Notes: generated by a model not told the origin, from the sequence alone. DNA of 64,000 nucleotides from an uncultured Desulfosarcina sp. (GCA_963674945.2 CAXXWQ010000003.1:1408001-1472000), one strand, 5' to 3'. Counted from the stretch's first letter, positions 32,024 through 43,320 are shown. Program-made: numbers and translations.

Positions 32024-32245
32024 ATGCAATCCCAAGAAAAAATGGATAACACCGGAAAAATCATACTGGATGGCCTTCAGGGCATCAACAGGTACCTGGC
32101 CATGATCAATAGCCGGCTTGAAATGCTGCTGCGCTCGGATCTTCCCGAGTATGTCAAGCCGGATTTGGTCAACATGATCCAGGCAGAACAGGAGGCCAGC
32201 CAGATTCTCCGCGGCCTGAGTCTATTCTGCCATAAACAATTTTGA
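32024..32245 (+). CDS. Small protein (73 aa) resembling a HisKA/DHp hairpin without the phospho-His
   Basis: RBS GAGGGG; residue pattern aligns with the DHp of the kinase at 23228. Confidence 0.5.
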   Translation: MQSQEKMDNTGKIILDGLQGINRYLAMINSRLEMLLRSDLPEYVKPDLVNMIQAEQEASQILRGLSLFCHKQF

Positions 32246-32276
32246 CATCATCATTCCATCAGCAAGGAGCACCAAC

Positions 32277-34280
32277 ATGAAGATCAACCTGCAATCCATC
32301 TCTTCCAAACTCATTCTCGGCGGTCTTACGGCCGTTCTGATTCCATTGATCGTGGTAGGATTTATTTCATTTTCAAAGGCAAAGACCGCACTGATGGATC
32401 TCTCCAAGCACCAGACCATTAGCATCTCAAAAGACCTGGCGAACCTGACCCGCACCGTCGTCCAGGCGGAAATGGACAAAGCCCGCGTCCTGGCCAGCCA
32501 GAAAGAGATTGTCGATTTGAGTGAAGCAGTAAACCGTTCCGGTATCGAGGCCAATCAATCCATGGTTGACACGGTGTTTGCCGATCTGGCCAAAGAATTC
32601 GGCAATATGGGCGATCACTACGAGTCAATTTTCGTCGCCGATGACAAAGGGCTCGTGATTACGGGCGTCATGGAAGATGGTGGCGAAACCAAGGGCATCA
32701 ATATCGGTGACAGAGACTATTTTCAATCCGCCCGGCAGAAGGGAAAGGCAGTGGTCGGCAAAATGGTTTTGTCGAAAAAAACCAGCCGACCAATCGTTGT
32801 GGTATGTACTCCCATCGTGTCCGATCATGGGCGATTTCTTGGGGCCTTCGGCGTTATTCTTAAGGCCGAAGCGTTTACCCGGCTCATTGCCAGTCGCAAA
32901 ATCGGTGAAACCGGCTACGGCTTTATGATCGATGGGGAAGGATTGGTGATGGCCCATCCGAAATCCGAATATATCCTCAAGTTGAATGCCAACAGCATTA
33001 CCGAGATGGCATCCATCAACAAAAAGATGTTGGCGGGTGAAACCGGCGTGGAAGCCTACACCTTCCAGGGAGTCGACAAGATTGCCGGATTCGCCCCGGT
33101 GGGCATCAACGGCTGGTCCATCAGCGCCACCCAGGACCAGGACGAGTTCCTGGCCGCTTCCCATTCCATCCGCAACGCCAATATTATCGTCACACTCGTG
33201 GCCGGTCTGATCGTGGCCGTGATCGTTCTGTTTGCCGCACGCTCCATCGTAAGACCCATCAATGCTGCCGTGGCCGGCCTCAAGGACATCGCCCAGGGCG
33301 AAGGCGACCTGACCATGCGCCTTCAGGTGAACAGCCGTGACGAGGTCGGTGAACTGGCAAAATGGTTCAATACCTTCATCGAAAAGCTGCAGGGCATCAT
33401 CAAGGATATTTCCGGCGGCGTCGAAACCCTCTCCGCATCGTCCACGGAACTCTCCGCCATATCCGAACAGATGACCCAGGGCATCACCAACGTCTCCGAC
33501 AAGTCCAACACCGTCTCCGCCGCCGCAGAGGAGATGAGTACCAACATGAACAACGTGGCCGCCGCCATGGAACAGTCGGCAACCAATACCAACATGGTGG
33601 CCACGGCCGCCGAAGAGATGTCGGCCACCATCGGCGAGATCGCCCAGAATGCCGAAAGGGCCCGCAGCATTTCCGACGAGGCGGCCCACAAGGCCTCCAG
33701 TGCCTCTACCAACATGGACCAGCTGGGCGAGGCGGCTAACTCCATCGGCAAGGTCATCGAGACCATCACCGACATCAGCGAGCAGGTCAACCTGTTGGCC
33801 CTCAACGCCACCATCGAGGCGGCCCGGGCCGGCGAGGCAGGCAAGGGCTTTGCCGTCGTGGCCAACGAAATCAAGGAACTGGCCAAACAGACGGCCGAAG
33901 CCACCCAGGATATAAAGGATAAAATCGAAGGCATCCAGGGAACCACCAACATGACCGTGGGGCAGATCAGCGAAATCACCCGGGTCATCACCGATGTCAA
34001 CGACGTGGTGGCCACCATCGCCACCGCCGTGGAAGAGCAGTCTTCCGCCACCAGGGACATCGCCACCAATGTCGCCCAGGCATCCCAGGGCATCCAGGAA
34101 GTAAATGAAAACGTCAATCAGAGCTCAACCGTATCTGCTGAAATTTCTCAGGACATCGCCACCGTCAGCGTTTCCATGAACGAGATGTCCACCAGCAGCA
34201 GCCAGGTCAACCTCAGTGCGCAGGAATTGTCCCAGCTTTCTGAAAGCCTAAAGAATATGGTTGATCAGTTCAAAATTTAA
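32277..34280 (+). CDS. Methyl-accepting chemotaxis protein (Cache-HAMP-MA)
   Basis: Two TM helices, [40 protein letters not shown]. Confidence 0.95.
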   Translation: MKINLQSISSKLILGGLTAVLIPLIVVGFISFSKAKTALMDLSKHQTISISKDLANLTRTVVQAEMDKARVLASQKEIVDLSEAVNRSGIEANQSMVDTVFADLAKEFGNMGDHYESIFVADDKGLVITGVMEDGGETKGINIGDRDYFQSARQKGKAVVGKMVLSKKTSRPIVVVCTPIVSDHGRFLGAFGVILKAEAFTRLIASRKIGETGYGFMIDGEGLVMAHPKSEYILKLNANSITEMASINKKMLAGETGVEAYTFQGVDKIAGFAPVGINGWSISATQDQDEFLAASHSIRNANIIVTLVAGLIVAVIVLFAARSIVRPINAAVAGLKDIAQGEGDLTMRLQVNSRDEVGELAKWFNTFIEKLQGIIKDISGGVETLSASSTELSAISEQMTQGITNVSDKSNTVSAAAEEMSTNMNNVAAAMEQSATNTNMVATAAEEMSATIGEIAQNAERARSISDEAAHKASSASTNMDQLGEAANSIGKVIETITDISEQVNLLALNATIEAARAGEAGKGFAVVANEIKELAKQTAEATQDIKDKIEGIQGTTNMTVGQISEITRVITDVNDVVATIATAVEEQSSATRDIATNVAQASQGIQEVNENVNQSSTVSAEISQDIATVSVSMNEMSTSSSQVNLSAQELSQLSESLKNMVDQFKI

Positions 34281-34407
34281 AATAGACTTTTTTTTGCCGA
34301 TAAACAATTTTGATCGCTTTGGTGTATTGAAATATTACCGTAAATGACATGAGCAATGCAATACGGGATAAAATCCATCATATCGGAAAAATAAAAGGGG
34401 TATCGGC

Positions 34408-35547
34408 GTGAAACGACAATTTTATTATCCGCTCTTTACATCATGCATAGCAGTACTATTGCTCCTGTTCTCCGGTTGCGGTTCAGGAGGCGACAATACG
34501 GCGGATGGTTCCGGACAGAACACGGATGTCCCCATTGTCGACCCGGATGGGGGCCCTCCTTTCGGAAATCCGGATGGAAACGCCCCCATTCCGGTCGAGG
34601 GTGACATGGAAGATGTGTCTGATCCCGATCATATTATTGGAAACGGAACGCCGGAGAGTTGCAGTGCAAAAGCCTTTATCGACGCCGTGGCGGAAGGTGG
34701 AACGATTGTCTTTGACTGCGGGCCCGATCCGATTACGCTGACGCTTCCAGGACCGGCCAAGGTGTTCAATGACGCAGACAACGATATCATTATCGACGGC
34801 GGCGGACTGGTCACCGTAAGCGGTGGCGGGCAGACCCGCATCTTATACATGAACACCTGCGATTCGGATCAGGTGTGGACGACCTCCCATTGTCAGGATC
34901 AGGACCATCCCCGGCTGACGGTGCAGAACATCACATTTGCCGACGGCAATTCGAAGGGTGAAATGGAGTATGACGGGGGTGGCGCCATATGGGTGCGCGG
35001 AGGCCGTTTCAAAGCCGTCAACTGCCGTTTTTTCAACAATGTGTGTGCCGATACCGGTCCCGATGTGGGTGGTGGAGCGATCCGGGTGTTTGATCAATAT
35101 CAGGATCTGCCCGTTTATATTGTCCATTGCACCTTCGGCGGTATGGAAGGCTATGGCAATGTGGGATCCAACGGTGGCGCCATCAGCAGCATCGGCGTCT
35201 CATGGACCATCATCAACAGCCTCTTCTCCCATAATCGCGCCATCGGATACGGGGCAAATCCGGCGGCGTCAGGGACGCCCGGTGGCGGCAGTGGCGGTGC
35301 GATCTATAATGACGGCAACACCATGACGCTGACCGTGCTTGGAACGCGAATCGAGTACAATGAAGTCAACGAACATGGCTCGGCCATCTTCTTTGTCACA
35401 AATGACCACTCCGGCGATATCGTCATCGACGAATCGGTGATTACCAACAACATCGGCGGGTCCTGGTACCCTGCCTACGATGGCATCTCCATGCATGGCG
35501 ACACCCCGATCACGGTGACCGATTCAGTCATTGAGAATAACTCGTAA
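34408..35547 (+). CDS. Acidic lipoprotein with beta-helix (GGAI repeat) domain
   Basis: Lipobox FSGC, repeated GGAI and FxxN motifs. Confidence 0.7.
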   Translation: MKRQFYYPLFTSCIAVLLLLFSGCGSGGDNTADGSGQNTDVPIVDPDGGPPFGNPDGNAPIPVEGDMEDVSDPDHIIGNGTPESCSAKAFIDAVAEGGTIVFDCGPDPITLTLPGPAKVFNDADNDIIIDGGGLVTVSGGGQTRILYMNTCDSDQVWTTSHCQDQDHPRLTVQNITFADGNSKGEMEYDGGGAIWVRGGRFKAVNCRFFNNVCADTGPDVGGGAIRVFDQYQDLPVYIVHCTFGGMEGYGNVGSNGGAISSIGVSWTIINSLFSHNRAIGYGANPAASGTPGGGSGGAIYNDGNTMTLTVLGTRIEYNEVNEHGSAIFFVTNDHSGDIVIDESVITNNIGGSWYPAYDGISMHGDTPITVTDSVIENNS

Positions 35548-35646
35548 GTTATCCCATCTCCGACTCCTTGCGATTCGGACCGGCAACCGGAACCGGTCTC
35601 GGGTGTTTCCGAAACGTGTGCGTGATCGGTTGATCCGAAACGGAGC

Positions 35647-36750
35647 CTAAAAAATTTCCGTTCCGGATGCCGGTTTTTCATGGACCCCACGTTTGATTGA
35701 CCGCTCCACTTTGAAGGGAAGGGTCGAGGCTGACGCCGACACCGAGGGCGGGTAAATCACGTTCCAGTCCTGCTTCATGTCGACAACGGTCCAGCCTTTG
35801 TCATTGGCCTCATCAAGCGCCTTGTCCAGACGACCAACATGGGACTGCCGGTCGTAGGCCCATTCCCTTTCAGAATCGGTGTGATGGACGATCAGGCCGA
35901 AGCGCGCCCCCGGCCCGTCAGTGGTCCATTGGAGCATCTGCAGGTCGCCGTCGGAGTTGCCGAATGCGGCGATTGGGCGACGTCCGATATGCAGATTGAT
36001 TGCCACCGGCTTGCCTTCTTTGTCGTCGAGGAAGTTCAGCGCGGGCAGGCGCATGATCACGGGCTTGCCTTCCTTAATCTCATATTTGGTTTCGACACTG
36101 CTTCCGACGATCTGTTCGGGGGGAATACCGTACACCGATTCCGCCCACGGACGCATGAATTCGACGCCGCCGCCTGATACGATAAAGGTCTTGAAGCCAT
36201 TGGCACGCAGATAGGCCAGCACTTCGAGCATCGGCTGATAGACCATTTCGGTAAACCGTTTGCCCGTTTTTGGATGCGTGGCCGTGGCCATCCAGTCCCG
36301 GACGATCTGCGCGAACGCATCCGTCGTCATGCCCCCGTGGGTCGTCATGACAATCTCGAGGATAGCCTTTTCGCCTCCTGCAAGAACCTGTTTCACGTTC
36401 CCCTGCAGCAACGAGGCAAAAGGCTCTTTGGTTTTCCATTCGGGATGCTGCGGCGCGAGTTCCCTGACCCTGTCCATGGCAAAAAACAACTGAAAGTACA
36501 TCGGCTGCTCGCACCACAGCGTACCGTCATTGTCAAACACCGCGATGCGCTCTGCCGGTGGAACGAAGTCGGATGAGCCCTTGGAGGTCACGCGGGTCAC
36601 GAAGTCAATGATCGACTGCTTCGCCTTTCCTTCCCGCCAGGAGGCAAGCGTATCGCCCGCATCGACCGGCGGTGTCTGGATGAAGACCGCAATGAAAACG
36701 GCCATGAGTATCATTTTAAACATATGTTTTAACTTCACGAAGACCTCCAT
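35647..36750 (-). CDS. Exported HAD family hydrolase
   Basis: Signal peptide, FDNDGTLW, IVSGGG, GNSDGD. Confidence 0.88.
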   Translation of the reverse strand: MEVFVKLKHMFKMILMAVFIAVFIQTPPVDAGDTLASWREGKAKQSIIDFVTRVTSKGSSDFVPPAERIAVFDNDGTLWCEQPMYFQLFFAMDRVRELAPQHPEWKTKEPFASLLQGNVKQVLAGGEKAILEIVMTTHGGMTTDAFAQIVRDWMATATHPKTGKRFTEMVYQPMLEVLAYLRANGFKTFIVSGGGVEFMRPWAESVYGIPPEQIVGSSVETKYEIKEGKPVIMRLPALNFLDDKEGKPVAINLHIGRRPIAAFGNSDGDLQMLQWTTDGPGARFGLIVHHTDSEREWAYDRQSHVGRLDKALDEANDKGWTVVDMKQDWNVIYPPSVSASASTLPFKVERSIKRGVHEKPASGTEIF

Positions 36751-36920
36751 CTTGGCGCTTTCGTAAGATTTTGATGGTCAATTAACGACGGCCGCTTCGG
36801 ACCGACCTTCGGGGTCGCTGATCTGCGCGAGGATGTTCATTTGGCCTGCATTGCATTTCAGGGTGCGCCGCCGTCCGGACCGACGCATTGCCCGTTCGGG
36901 CGGCGACGGAAATAGACACA

Positions 36921-38498
36921 CTAATGTGTCCCACCGGTTGAGTTCAATTGCTCCATGACCTTGTCCAGGCTGAAGCTAGCCGGCTTCTGGCGGGGTGGAT
37001 ACTCCTTGAAGGTCTTGAGGAAATTACCGACATAGGCCTGGGCCGGAACCAACAGATACGCACGGTCGAGCATCCAGTCGAAATAGGTGTTGGAGGTAAT
37101 GGAGGCCCGCTCGTAGGGGTCGCGGCGCAGATTGAAGATCAGCGGCACGCGCAGGGGAACGAAGGGCTCCATCCAGACCCGAAAGGTGCCTTGATATTTC
37201 TGCTCCATGAAGATCAGCTTCCATTCCTGGTAGCGCAACGCCGTCAGGTCGCCGTCGTCGGAGAAATAAAAAATCTCCTTGCGCGGGCTGGGAGTGTTTG
37301 CCGGGTCTCTGAGGTGGTCGGTAATGTCGTAGCCGTCCAGGTGAATTTTGTATTTTCTCTTGAGCGCCTTGGAGGTGTATCCGTCGAGGAGATCTTCCTT
37401 AATATCCTTTTTACCGGCCGCGGCGAGAAAAGTGGGCAGCCAGTCCATGTGATGGACGATCCCGTTGCTGACCGAGCCGGGCTTGACCACGCCGGGCCAG
37501 CGCACGGCACAGGGCACCCGCCAGCCGCCTTCCCAGTTGGTGTTCTTCTCTCCGCGAAAAGGTGTGGACGCGGCATCCGGCCATGTGTTGTAATGCGGGC
37601 CATTGTCGGTGGAGTAGTGGACGATGGTGTTGTCGGCGATGCCCAGGCGATCCAGAGCGTCCAGGAACTGGCCGATGTGCATGTCGTGCTCGATCATGCC
37701 GGCGCTATATTCATCGGCATGGGGATATTTCTTTTTGATTTCGGCCATCTTCTCTGGGCTTACGTGGGTGCGGAAGTGCATTCGCGTCCCGCTCCACCAG
37801 ACGAACCAGGGGTTGCCCGCCTCGGTCTGGCGTTCGATGAAATCGATGGCCGCTGCCACGGTCTCGTCATCCACGGTTTCCATGCGTTTCCTGGTCAGTG
37901 GTCCGGTATCCTCGATCTTCCCGTCGGCGCTGGATTTGATCACCCCGCGCGGGCCGAATTTCTTGCGAAACTCCGGATTTTTGGGGTAGTCCTCGTTTTC
38001 AGGCTCTTCCTCTGCATTGAGGTGGTAGAGATTACCGAAAAACTCGTCGAAACCGTGATTGGTGGGCAGGTGCTCGTCACGGTCACCCAGATGGTTCTTG
38101 CCGAATTGGCCGGTGGCATATCCCTGATCCTTGAGCAGACCGGCGATGGTCGGATCGGCCTCGTTCATGCCCTCCTTTGCACCGGGCAGGCCGACCTTGG
38201 ACAGACCGGTTCGGAACACGCTCTGCCCCATGATGAAGGACGACCGGCCGGCGGTACAGGACTGCTCACCGTAGTAGTCGGTAAAGAGGATGCCCTCGTC
38301 GGCGATACGGTCGATGTTGGGAGTACGGTATCCCATCATCCCCCGTGAGTAGGCGCTGATGTTGGACTGGCCGACGTCATCGCCCCAGATCACGAGGATG
38401 TTGGGTTTATCCTGTGCTGGGGATAAGGAAACAAAACCAACCAAAAGCATCGCGATCATGAAAGGTATGAGTATGAATTTGCTGTCGGATCTTTTCAT
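36921..38498 (-). CDS. Arylsulfatase (Cys-type)
   Basis: KPNILVIWGDD, CTAGR formylglycine motif, GKNHLG, STDNG. Confidence 0.92.
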   Translation of the reverse strand: MKRSDSKFILIPFMIAMLLVGFVSLSPAQDKPNILVIWGDDVGQSNISAYSRGMMGYRTPNIDRIADEGILFTDYYGEQSCTAGRSSFIMGQSVFRTGLSKVGLPGAKEGMNEADPTIAGLLKDQGYATGQFGKNHLGDRDEHLPTNHGFDEFFGNLYHLNAEEEPENEDYPKNPEFRKKFGPRGVIKSSADGKIEDTGPLTRKRMETVDDETVAAAIDFIERQTEAGNPWFVWWSGTRMHFRTHVSPEKMAEIKKKYPHADEYSAGMIEHDMHIGQFLDALDRLGIADNTIVHYSTDNGPHYNTWPDAASTPFRGEKNTNWEGGWRVPCAVRWPGVVKPGSVSNGIVHHMDWLPTFLAAAGKKDIKEDLLDGYTSKALKRKYKIHLDGYDITDHLRDPANTPSPRKEIFYFSDDGDLTALRYQEWKLIFMEQKYQGTFRVWMEPFVPLRVPLIFNLRRDPYERASITSNTYFDWMLDRAYLLVPAQAYVGNFLKTFKEYPPRQKPASFSLDKVMEQLNSTGGTH

Positions 38499-39057
38499 TC
38501 TATCCTCCTTTGCGGCCTTCCGCGTTGTAAGAAAACCTGTTAGATAATCGTAACAAATTGGGACTATTGGCGAACAATAAATCTTAGGATAGAGGTTGGC
38601 ATACCCGCCTGAATATCAAGCAGAATCTCTGAGTGATGCCAAAAGCGCCCGTAGATCAGCTTCAAATTGCGAAAACAGTTCAGGATAAGATGGCTGGAAA
38701 GCAGTATGCTTGTGATCTACATTGCGCAGATGATCTTTAAAGACAAACAGATCACCATCGTCTGATACACTGGAAGTAATATTGCACTTTATTTCTATGT
38801 GTCAAAGGATTTATTTTTCAACCCGAACGCGGCGACAGTTCTTTTATCTCCGGACAGACGGCGCAGTTCTCCTTTCAAAAGCTTGTTATTCTTAATTTTT
38901 CTTTTCGTCAATCGGGGAGTCAAACGACATGGGGAAACGCCGGTCAGATCTGTGGCTATTCATAATACGTAAAGGAAATCGGCCATGTTCATCACACGAT
39001 ACGGAATGAAATCGAGAGATAAATGATTGGACGAGAATTATGAGAAGGAGCCGAAAG

Positions 39058-39695
39058 ATGATCGTAACCCCTTGCCCGAACCGCTCCATACTGGAACCAT
39101 GTACCCTGCCAAACCTGAATTGCCAGGTAGACCCATACATCGGTTGCGAACATGTTTGCCGATACTGTTATGTCCTTCCCCAGGCGGAAACCGACTGGAG
39201 CAAGGAGGTACGCTATCATGAGGACATCGCTACCCGGCTGGGAAAGCAGCTTTCAACGATTTCACCACAGACGACATACATGGGATGGCATACGGCCCCC
39301 TGCCAGCCATGCGAGGCGCAATTCCGCCAGACCCGCCAGGTTCTCGAGTTGTTGCTGGAAAGAGGATTGCAGCCTTGAAAAAGTTGCAGTCGGCGGGAAT
39401 TCATACCGCCGCCTTGCTTTGTCCGGTCATTCCTTATATTACCGATGTAACGCCGTTAATCGATCTTGTGGACGGGTATGCCGAGAAAATTTGGATCTAT
39501 GGATTGAGCATCACAGACAGCTCCGACAAAAACTGGCAGAATGTCGATCACATATTGGAAGAGCATTTTCCTGATGTAAGAAACAAAATCGAAAACGCGG
39601 TTTTCGCCAAGAGCCATGCGTACTAGGAAGGACTCAGGGTCGACCTTTCAGACCTCCACAAAAATTGCAAAGCAACTCTTCGTATACACATATAA
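39058..39695 (+). pseudogene. Degraded radical SAM protein (SPL-like)
   Basis: GCEHVCRYCY CxxxCxxC; frame break near 39365 with apparent internal deletion; in-frame TAG at 39624-39626. Confidence 0.75.
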
Positions 39696-39801
39696 AAGGA
39701 TATCTGGCCGATTTCATACACGAGGCAGTCAAGAAAATACAGCACGCAAGCGATGAAGAGTGGACTGAAAAAGTAGAAAAATAAGAAATAGAGTCAAAGC
39801 A

Positions 39802-40137
39802 TTGCAGTCACCGGATACCCGCATGGATTTGGATATTCCCGGAAGTTTTCCCTATGAAGCTGGCGGGGCTCGACCGATGGCGGTTTCACCCGTAACCAAA
39901 GAAGAGACATGCATCGTTTGTGGAACGTGCGCCGATGTCTGTCCGACGGCAGCCATTTCGGTCGATGGAAGCGTGGAAACAAAAGTCAAGAAATGTATTC
40001 GCTGCTGCGCTTGCATCAAAAACTGCCCGACCGGTGCGAGGTTTATGGAGGCCGGTGCGTGGAAAAATATCGCCAACTGGTTACATGAAAATTGCAGTAC
40101 CCGGAAAGAACCGCAAATCTATGGGATCGATGTGTAG
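39802..40137 (+). pseudogene. C-terminal 2x[4Fe-4S] fragment of a flavodoxin-ferredoxin (EFR1-like) protein
   Basis: CIVCGTCADVCP and CIRCCACIKNCP, RKEP tail; N-terminal domain absent. Confidence 0.6.
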
Positions 40138-40371
40138 ACGGATACGAGAATAAACATGAAAATGTTCTTATGGCCGGGAGTACCGGATACCTGGGAGGCT
40201 GCGTAGCAAAGGAGCTTCTGAAAACATCCTAATCCTACGCAATCGGAATGGTTTCTTTTCGCTATCGGGGACGAAAGGCATATTCTTTCCCTCAACATCC
40301 TGCAGGGTATAACCGAAAATTAAGGATGCCTACAGGTAATCCCGCCGTTTCAGCCAAGTCCAACTTCAGAC

Positions 40372-40794
40372 TCATTTGACCACCAATACCGGGCAAGCCG
40401 CCGAATGAAGCACACGGTGAACCACAGAGCCCAGAACCAACCCTTGGAGTTCGGACCGGCCCCGGGATCCCATGACAATCATTTCACACTTTTCCAGTTC
40501 GGCGACCTCACAGATTCTATCCCCTGGAGGACCCTCCATGATCCTTTCCTCAAAATTGACGCCCGCTTGGGACATCAACTGCCGAAAGGGCGCCAACAGT
40601 TCCTGGGATTGGGATAAAATTTTGTCCACGGCCCGTTGATAATACGGCTCCCCTCTCAAAACCGGAAAATGTTTGTGAAAGTGTATCAGTAAAATTTCTC
40701 TGTCCATACAACGGGCCATCTTTATGGCGTATTCGGCTGCGCGGCAAGAGTGCGACGAACCGTCAACCGGAACGAATAGACGTTGGTTAGTCAT
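40372..40794 (-). CDS. Universal stress protein
   Basis: VPVDGS, MIVMGSRG...LGSVVHRVLHSAACPVLVV. Confidence 0.92.
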   Translation of the reverse strand: MTNQRLFVPVDGSSHSCRAAEYAIKMARCMDREILLIHFHKHFPVLRGEPYYQRAVDKILSQSQELLAPFRQLMSQAGVNFEERIMEGPPGDRICEVAELEKCEMIVMGSRGRSELQGLVLGSVVHRVLHSAACPVLVVK

Positions 40795-40897
40795 GGCTCC
40801 CTCCTTTACCCTTTTGTTTCATCCGGGCCTTGCGTGTATTTGAATAACATTCTTGGACCGTAACCGGATCGTACAAGATGATTTTTAAAACGTGTGA

Positions 40898-41341
40898 TCA
40901 ATAAATCGATTTGATTTCCGCCAATACAAACGAACTGCGGGTGGCGGAAACGCCCTTGGTATTGAATACATCCTGTAGCACGACCTGGGAATAGTGCTGC
41001 ATATCCCGGGCGACGATTTCCAGCACCAGGTCGACGTCGCCGGAAACGGCAAATACGCTGACGACTCCCTCGATTTTCGCCAGATTACACGCGACGTCCT
41101 CCCAGCCCACGGCTGCATCGCGGATCACACCACAATAGGCGCGAACGGAAAGGCCCAGTTTTTGCCGATCGGTAAGCGCCCGATAGCCGACAATGACACC
41201 TTCCTTTTCGAGTCGCGCGATCCGCCGCGAGCAACTGGAATGGGACAGATTGACCTGCCCGGCAATATCCATGTTGGACAGCCTTCCATTGGCTTGCAGC
41301 GCTTCAATGATCTTCCTGTCATAATCGTCGAGTTTGGTCAT
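40898..41341 (-). CDS. Lrp/AsnC family transcriptional regulator
   Basis: LDDYDRKIIEALQANGRLS...RRIARLEKEGVIVGY; divergent from azlCD. Confidence 0.92.
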   Translation of the reverse strand: MTKLDDYDRKIIEALQANGRLSNMDIAGQVNLSHSSCSRRIARLEKEGVIVGYRALTDRQKLGLSVRAYCGVIRDAAVGWEDVACNLAKIEGVVSVFAVSGDVDLVLEIVARDMQHYSQVVLQDVFNTKGVSATRSSFVLAEIKSIY

Positions 41342-41538
41342 ATGCAAAACCTTTGCGCACAGCGTCATGCAACCGGAATTTTAAGTATAAAATTAACATT
41401 AAAGACAAATCTATGCAAAATTTTTGCTTAATTAAACGCAATGCACTAAATAATTGCAATTATACGTTCACAATTGTAGGTTTGCATGCAATGGTAATGC
41501 ACAACCATCAACCCGTTTACCGTCCAGGGTATTCACGC

Positions 41539-42258
41539 ATGACATCCGATTCCATTGCAAAAGATGCCTCTCCTTTCAAAGATGGCCTGAGCGCAGGGTG
41601 GCCGATCTGCCTGGGTTACCTGCCCATCGGAATGGCCTTCGGGGTTCTGGCCCAGAAGGCGGGTCTTACACCGATTCATATCGGCCTGATGTCCATTTTG
41701 GTGTTTGCCGGCAGTTCACAATTCATCGCCGTTTCCATGATTTCCGCCGGGGCTTCGGCTGCGGCCATCATCACTACCACCTTTGTAGTTAACTTGCGCC
41801 ACGTGTTAATGAGCTCCGCCCTTGCCGTTTATTTGCGGTCGGCTCACCGGGGCTTACTCGCCCTCTACGCCTATGGTGTGACCGATGAAAGCTTTGCCGT
41901 CAACCTTCCTCGCTTCAATACCCACAACTGGAGCCTTGGGCGAGCGCTGGTGGTCAACCATGCGGCCAACCTCACCTGGTTCTTCAGCACCATAGCCGGA
42001 GGCATCGGCGGTCAGTTTATCCCTGAGGGCGCCCTGGGCATCGATTATGCCCTCATCGCCATGTTTATCTGCCTGCTCATCTACCAGATCAGGAAATGGA
42101 TTCACCTGCTCACCGCTGTAATCGCCGGCATTGCCGCCGTGGGCCTGGCGCTGACGATCCCGGGCAACACCTATATCGTCATCGCCTCCGTGATGGCCGC
42201 CACGGTTGGCGTTATCATCCAACGACAGACCATGGGAAGGAAAACGGACAATGGCTGA
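41539..42258 (+). CDS. azlC: AzlC family amino acid exporter permease
   Basis: GYLPIGMAFG, FAGSSQF, VNLRH, TDESFA. Confidence 0.9.
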   Translation: MTSDSIAKDASPFKDGLSAGWPICLGYLPIGMAFGVLAQKAGLTPIHIGLMSILVFAGSSQFIAVSMISAGASAAAIITTTFVVNLRHVLMSSALAVYLRSAHRGLLALYAYGVTDESFAVNLPRFNTHNWSLGRALVVNHAANLTWFFSTIAGGIGGQFIPEGALGIDYALIAMFICLLIYQIRKWIHLLTAVIAGIAAVGLALTIPGNTYIVIASVMAATVGVIIQRQTMGRKTDNG

Positions 42259-42592
42259 ATATCTGACGCTGCTCGTGGGAATGGGCCTGGTGACTTACCT
42301 GCCCCGCTGGATGCCGCTCCATTACCTTTCCCGGCGATCCCTTCCGGATTGGTTCATCCAGTGGCTGGAACTGATCCCGGCAGCCATCTTGAGCGCACTG
42401 CTGCTGCCGACGCTGGTTCTCGGTGAAGCCCCGCGCCACATCGATCTCCTGCGGCCCGAGTTGTGGGTGGCCCTGCCCACGTTCGTCTTTGCCTGGTGGA
42501 CACGGTCATTGGGTGGAACGGTGGTTGTGGGAATGCTGTTATTCTGGTTGGCAGAAAAGGTGGACCCGCTGTGGTTTGCCTGGTTGAAATGA
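42251..42592 (+). CDS. azlD: AzlD family protein
   Basis: GMGLVTYLPRWMP, IPAAILSAL; overlaps azlC. Confidence 0.88.
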   Translation: MAEYLTLLVGMGLVTYLPRWMPLHYLSRRSLPDWFIQWLELIPAAILSALLLPTLVLGEAPRHIDLLRPELWVALPTFVFAWWTRSLGGTVVVGMLLFWLAEKVDPLWFAWLK

Positions 42593-42768
42593 AACAAAGA
42601 CGAAACGCTTCAGGGACAATGCTTGTCAAACTGAATCGGACAAAGCCCCGCAGAAATGACAAGAGCGTTTCGTGTTTCGTAAATCAATGGAATCATAGCG
42701 GAAAAATGGACGGCGGAACGATTCCCCCGTAAGTATCGGGGCGCCATTTTGTTACGAATTGGATTCTT

Positions 42769-43320
42769 TTATAGGTCGCCTTCCCCCAGTTCCTTATTTA
42801 TCTGTTCCATCCATGCCGGTACCGTCAGATCTTTTACTGTGAGGTAACTTTTCGAATAGGGTTTCAGATCAATGATAGGGCTGCCGTCGACGGCGTCCAG
42901 GCCTTTGACTTCGAGCACATTCCCCTTTCGGGTCATCAGACGAACGGCAGACACCAGGACAGGATTCGGTCGGGCCGGGCTGCATGTGGCGAAAATACCC
43001 TGGGAGGGCAAATCCTTGCGGCCCATGGGATGAACCCTCCTCAGCGTTCGTCGGGCCGGATCGATCAGGTGGGGCCAGTAGAGTACCAGAATATGAGAAA
43101 AGCCATCGATGCCATCAAGGAGTTCTTCCCATTTTGGATCGATAATCAACTCACTTACAGTCTCCCGTATTTTTCGGCGATTCGCTCTTGTTGTCTCCAT
43201 CCGTTCCATTAGCGTCAAACCTTCTTTGTCGGCGACCATCATCGGCTCTTTGATCGAGCTATGGACAACACCGACGGCAAAAAGATTTATTGACGCATCC
43301 GTGTTCATATCCGTTTCCAT
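42769..43320 (-). CDS. trmO: TrmO/TsaA-like tRNA methyltransferase
   Basis: GFSHILVLYW, GIFATCSPARPNP, GLDAVDGSPIIDLKPY. Confidence 0.85.
   Translation of the reverse strand: METDMNTDASINLFAVGVVHSSIKEPMMVADKEGLTLMERMETTRANRRKIRETVSELIIDPKWEELLDGIDGFSHILVLYWPHLIDPARRTLRRVHPMGRKDLPSQGIFATCSPARPNPVLVSAVRLMTRKGNVLEVKGLDAVDGSPIIDLKPYSKSYLTVKDLTVPAWMEQINKELGEGDL

Noticed and set aside
36948..38348. Long antisense ORFs (also 58585-59817, 32625-33689, 54296-55267)
   Set aside because: Shadows of GC-rich genes on the opposite strand, without protein motifs
39624..39626. Pyrrolysine readthrough of the TAG
   Set aside because: The gene is already broken upstream; a TGG to TAG mutation is simpler
39058..39695. 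Radical SAM remnant as the sulfatase maturase
   Set aside because: It looks SPL-like, is short and lacks the C-terminal SPASM cysteines of anSME
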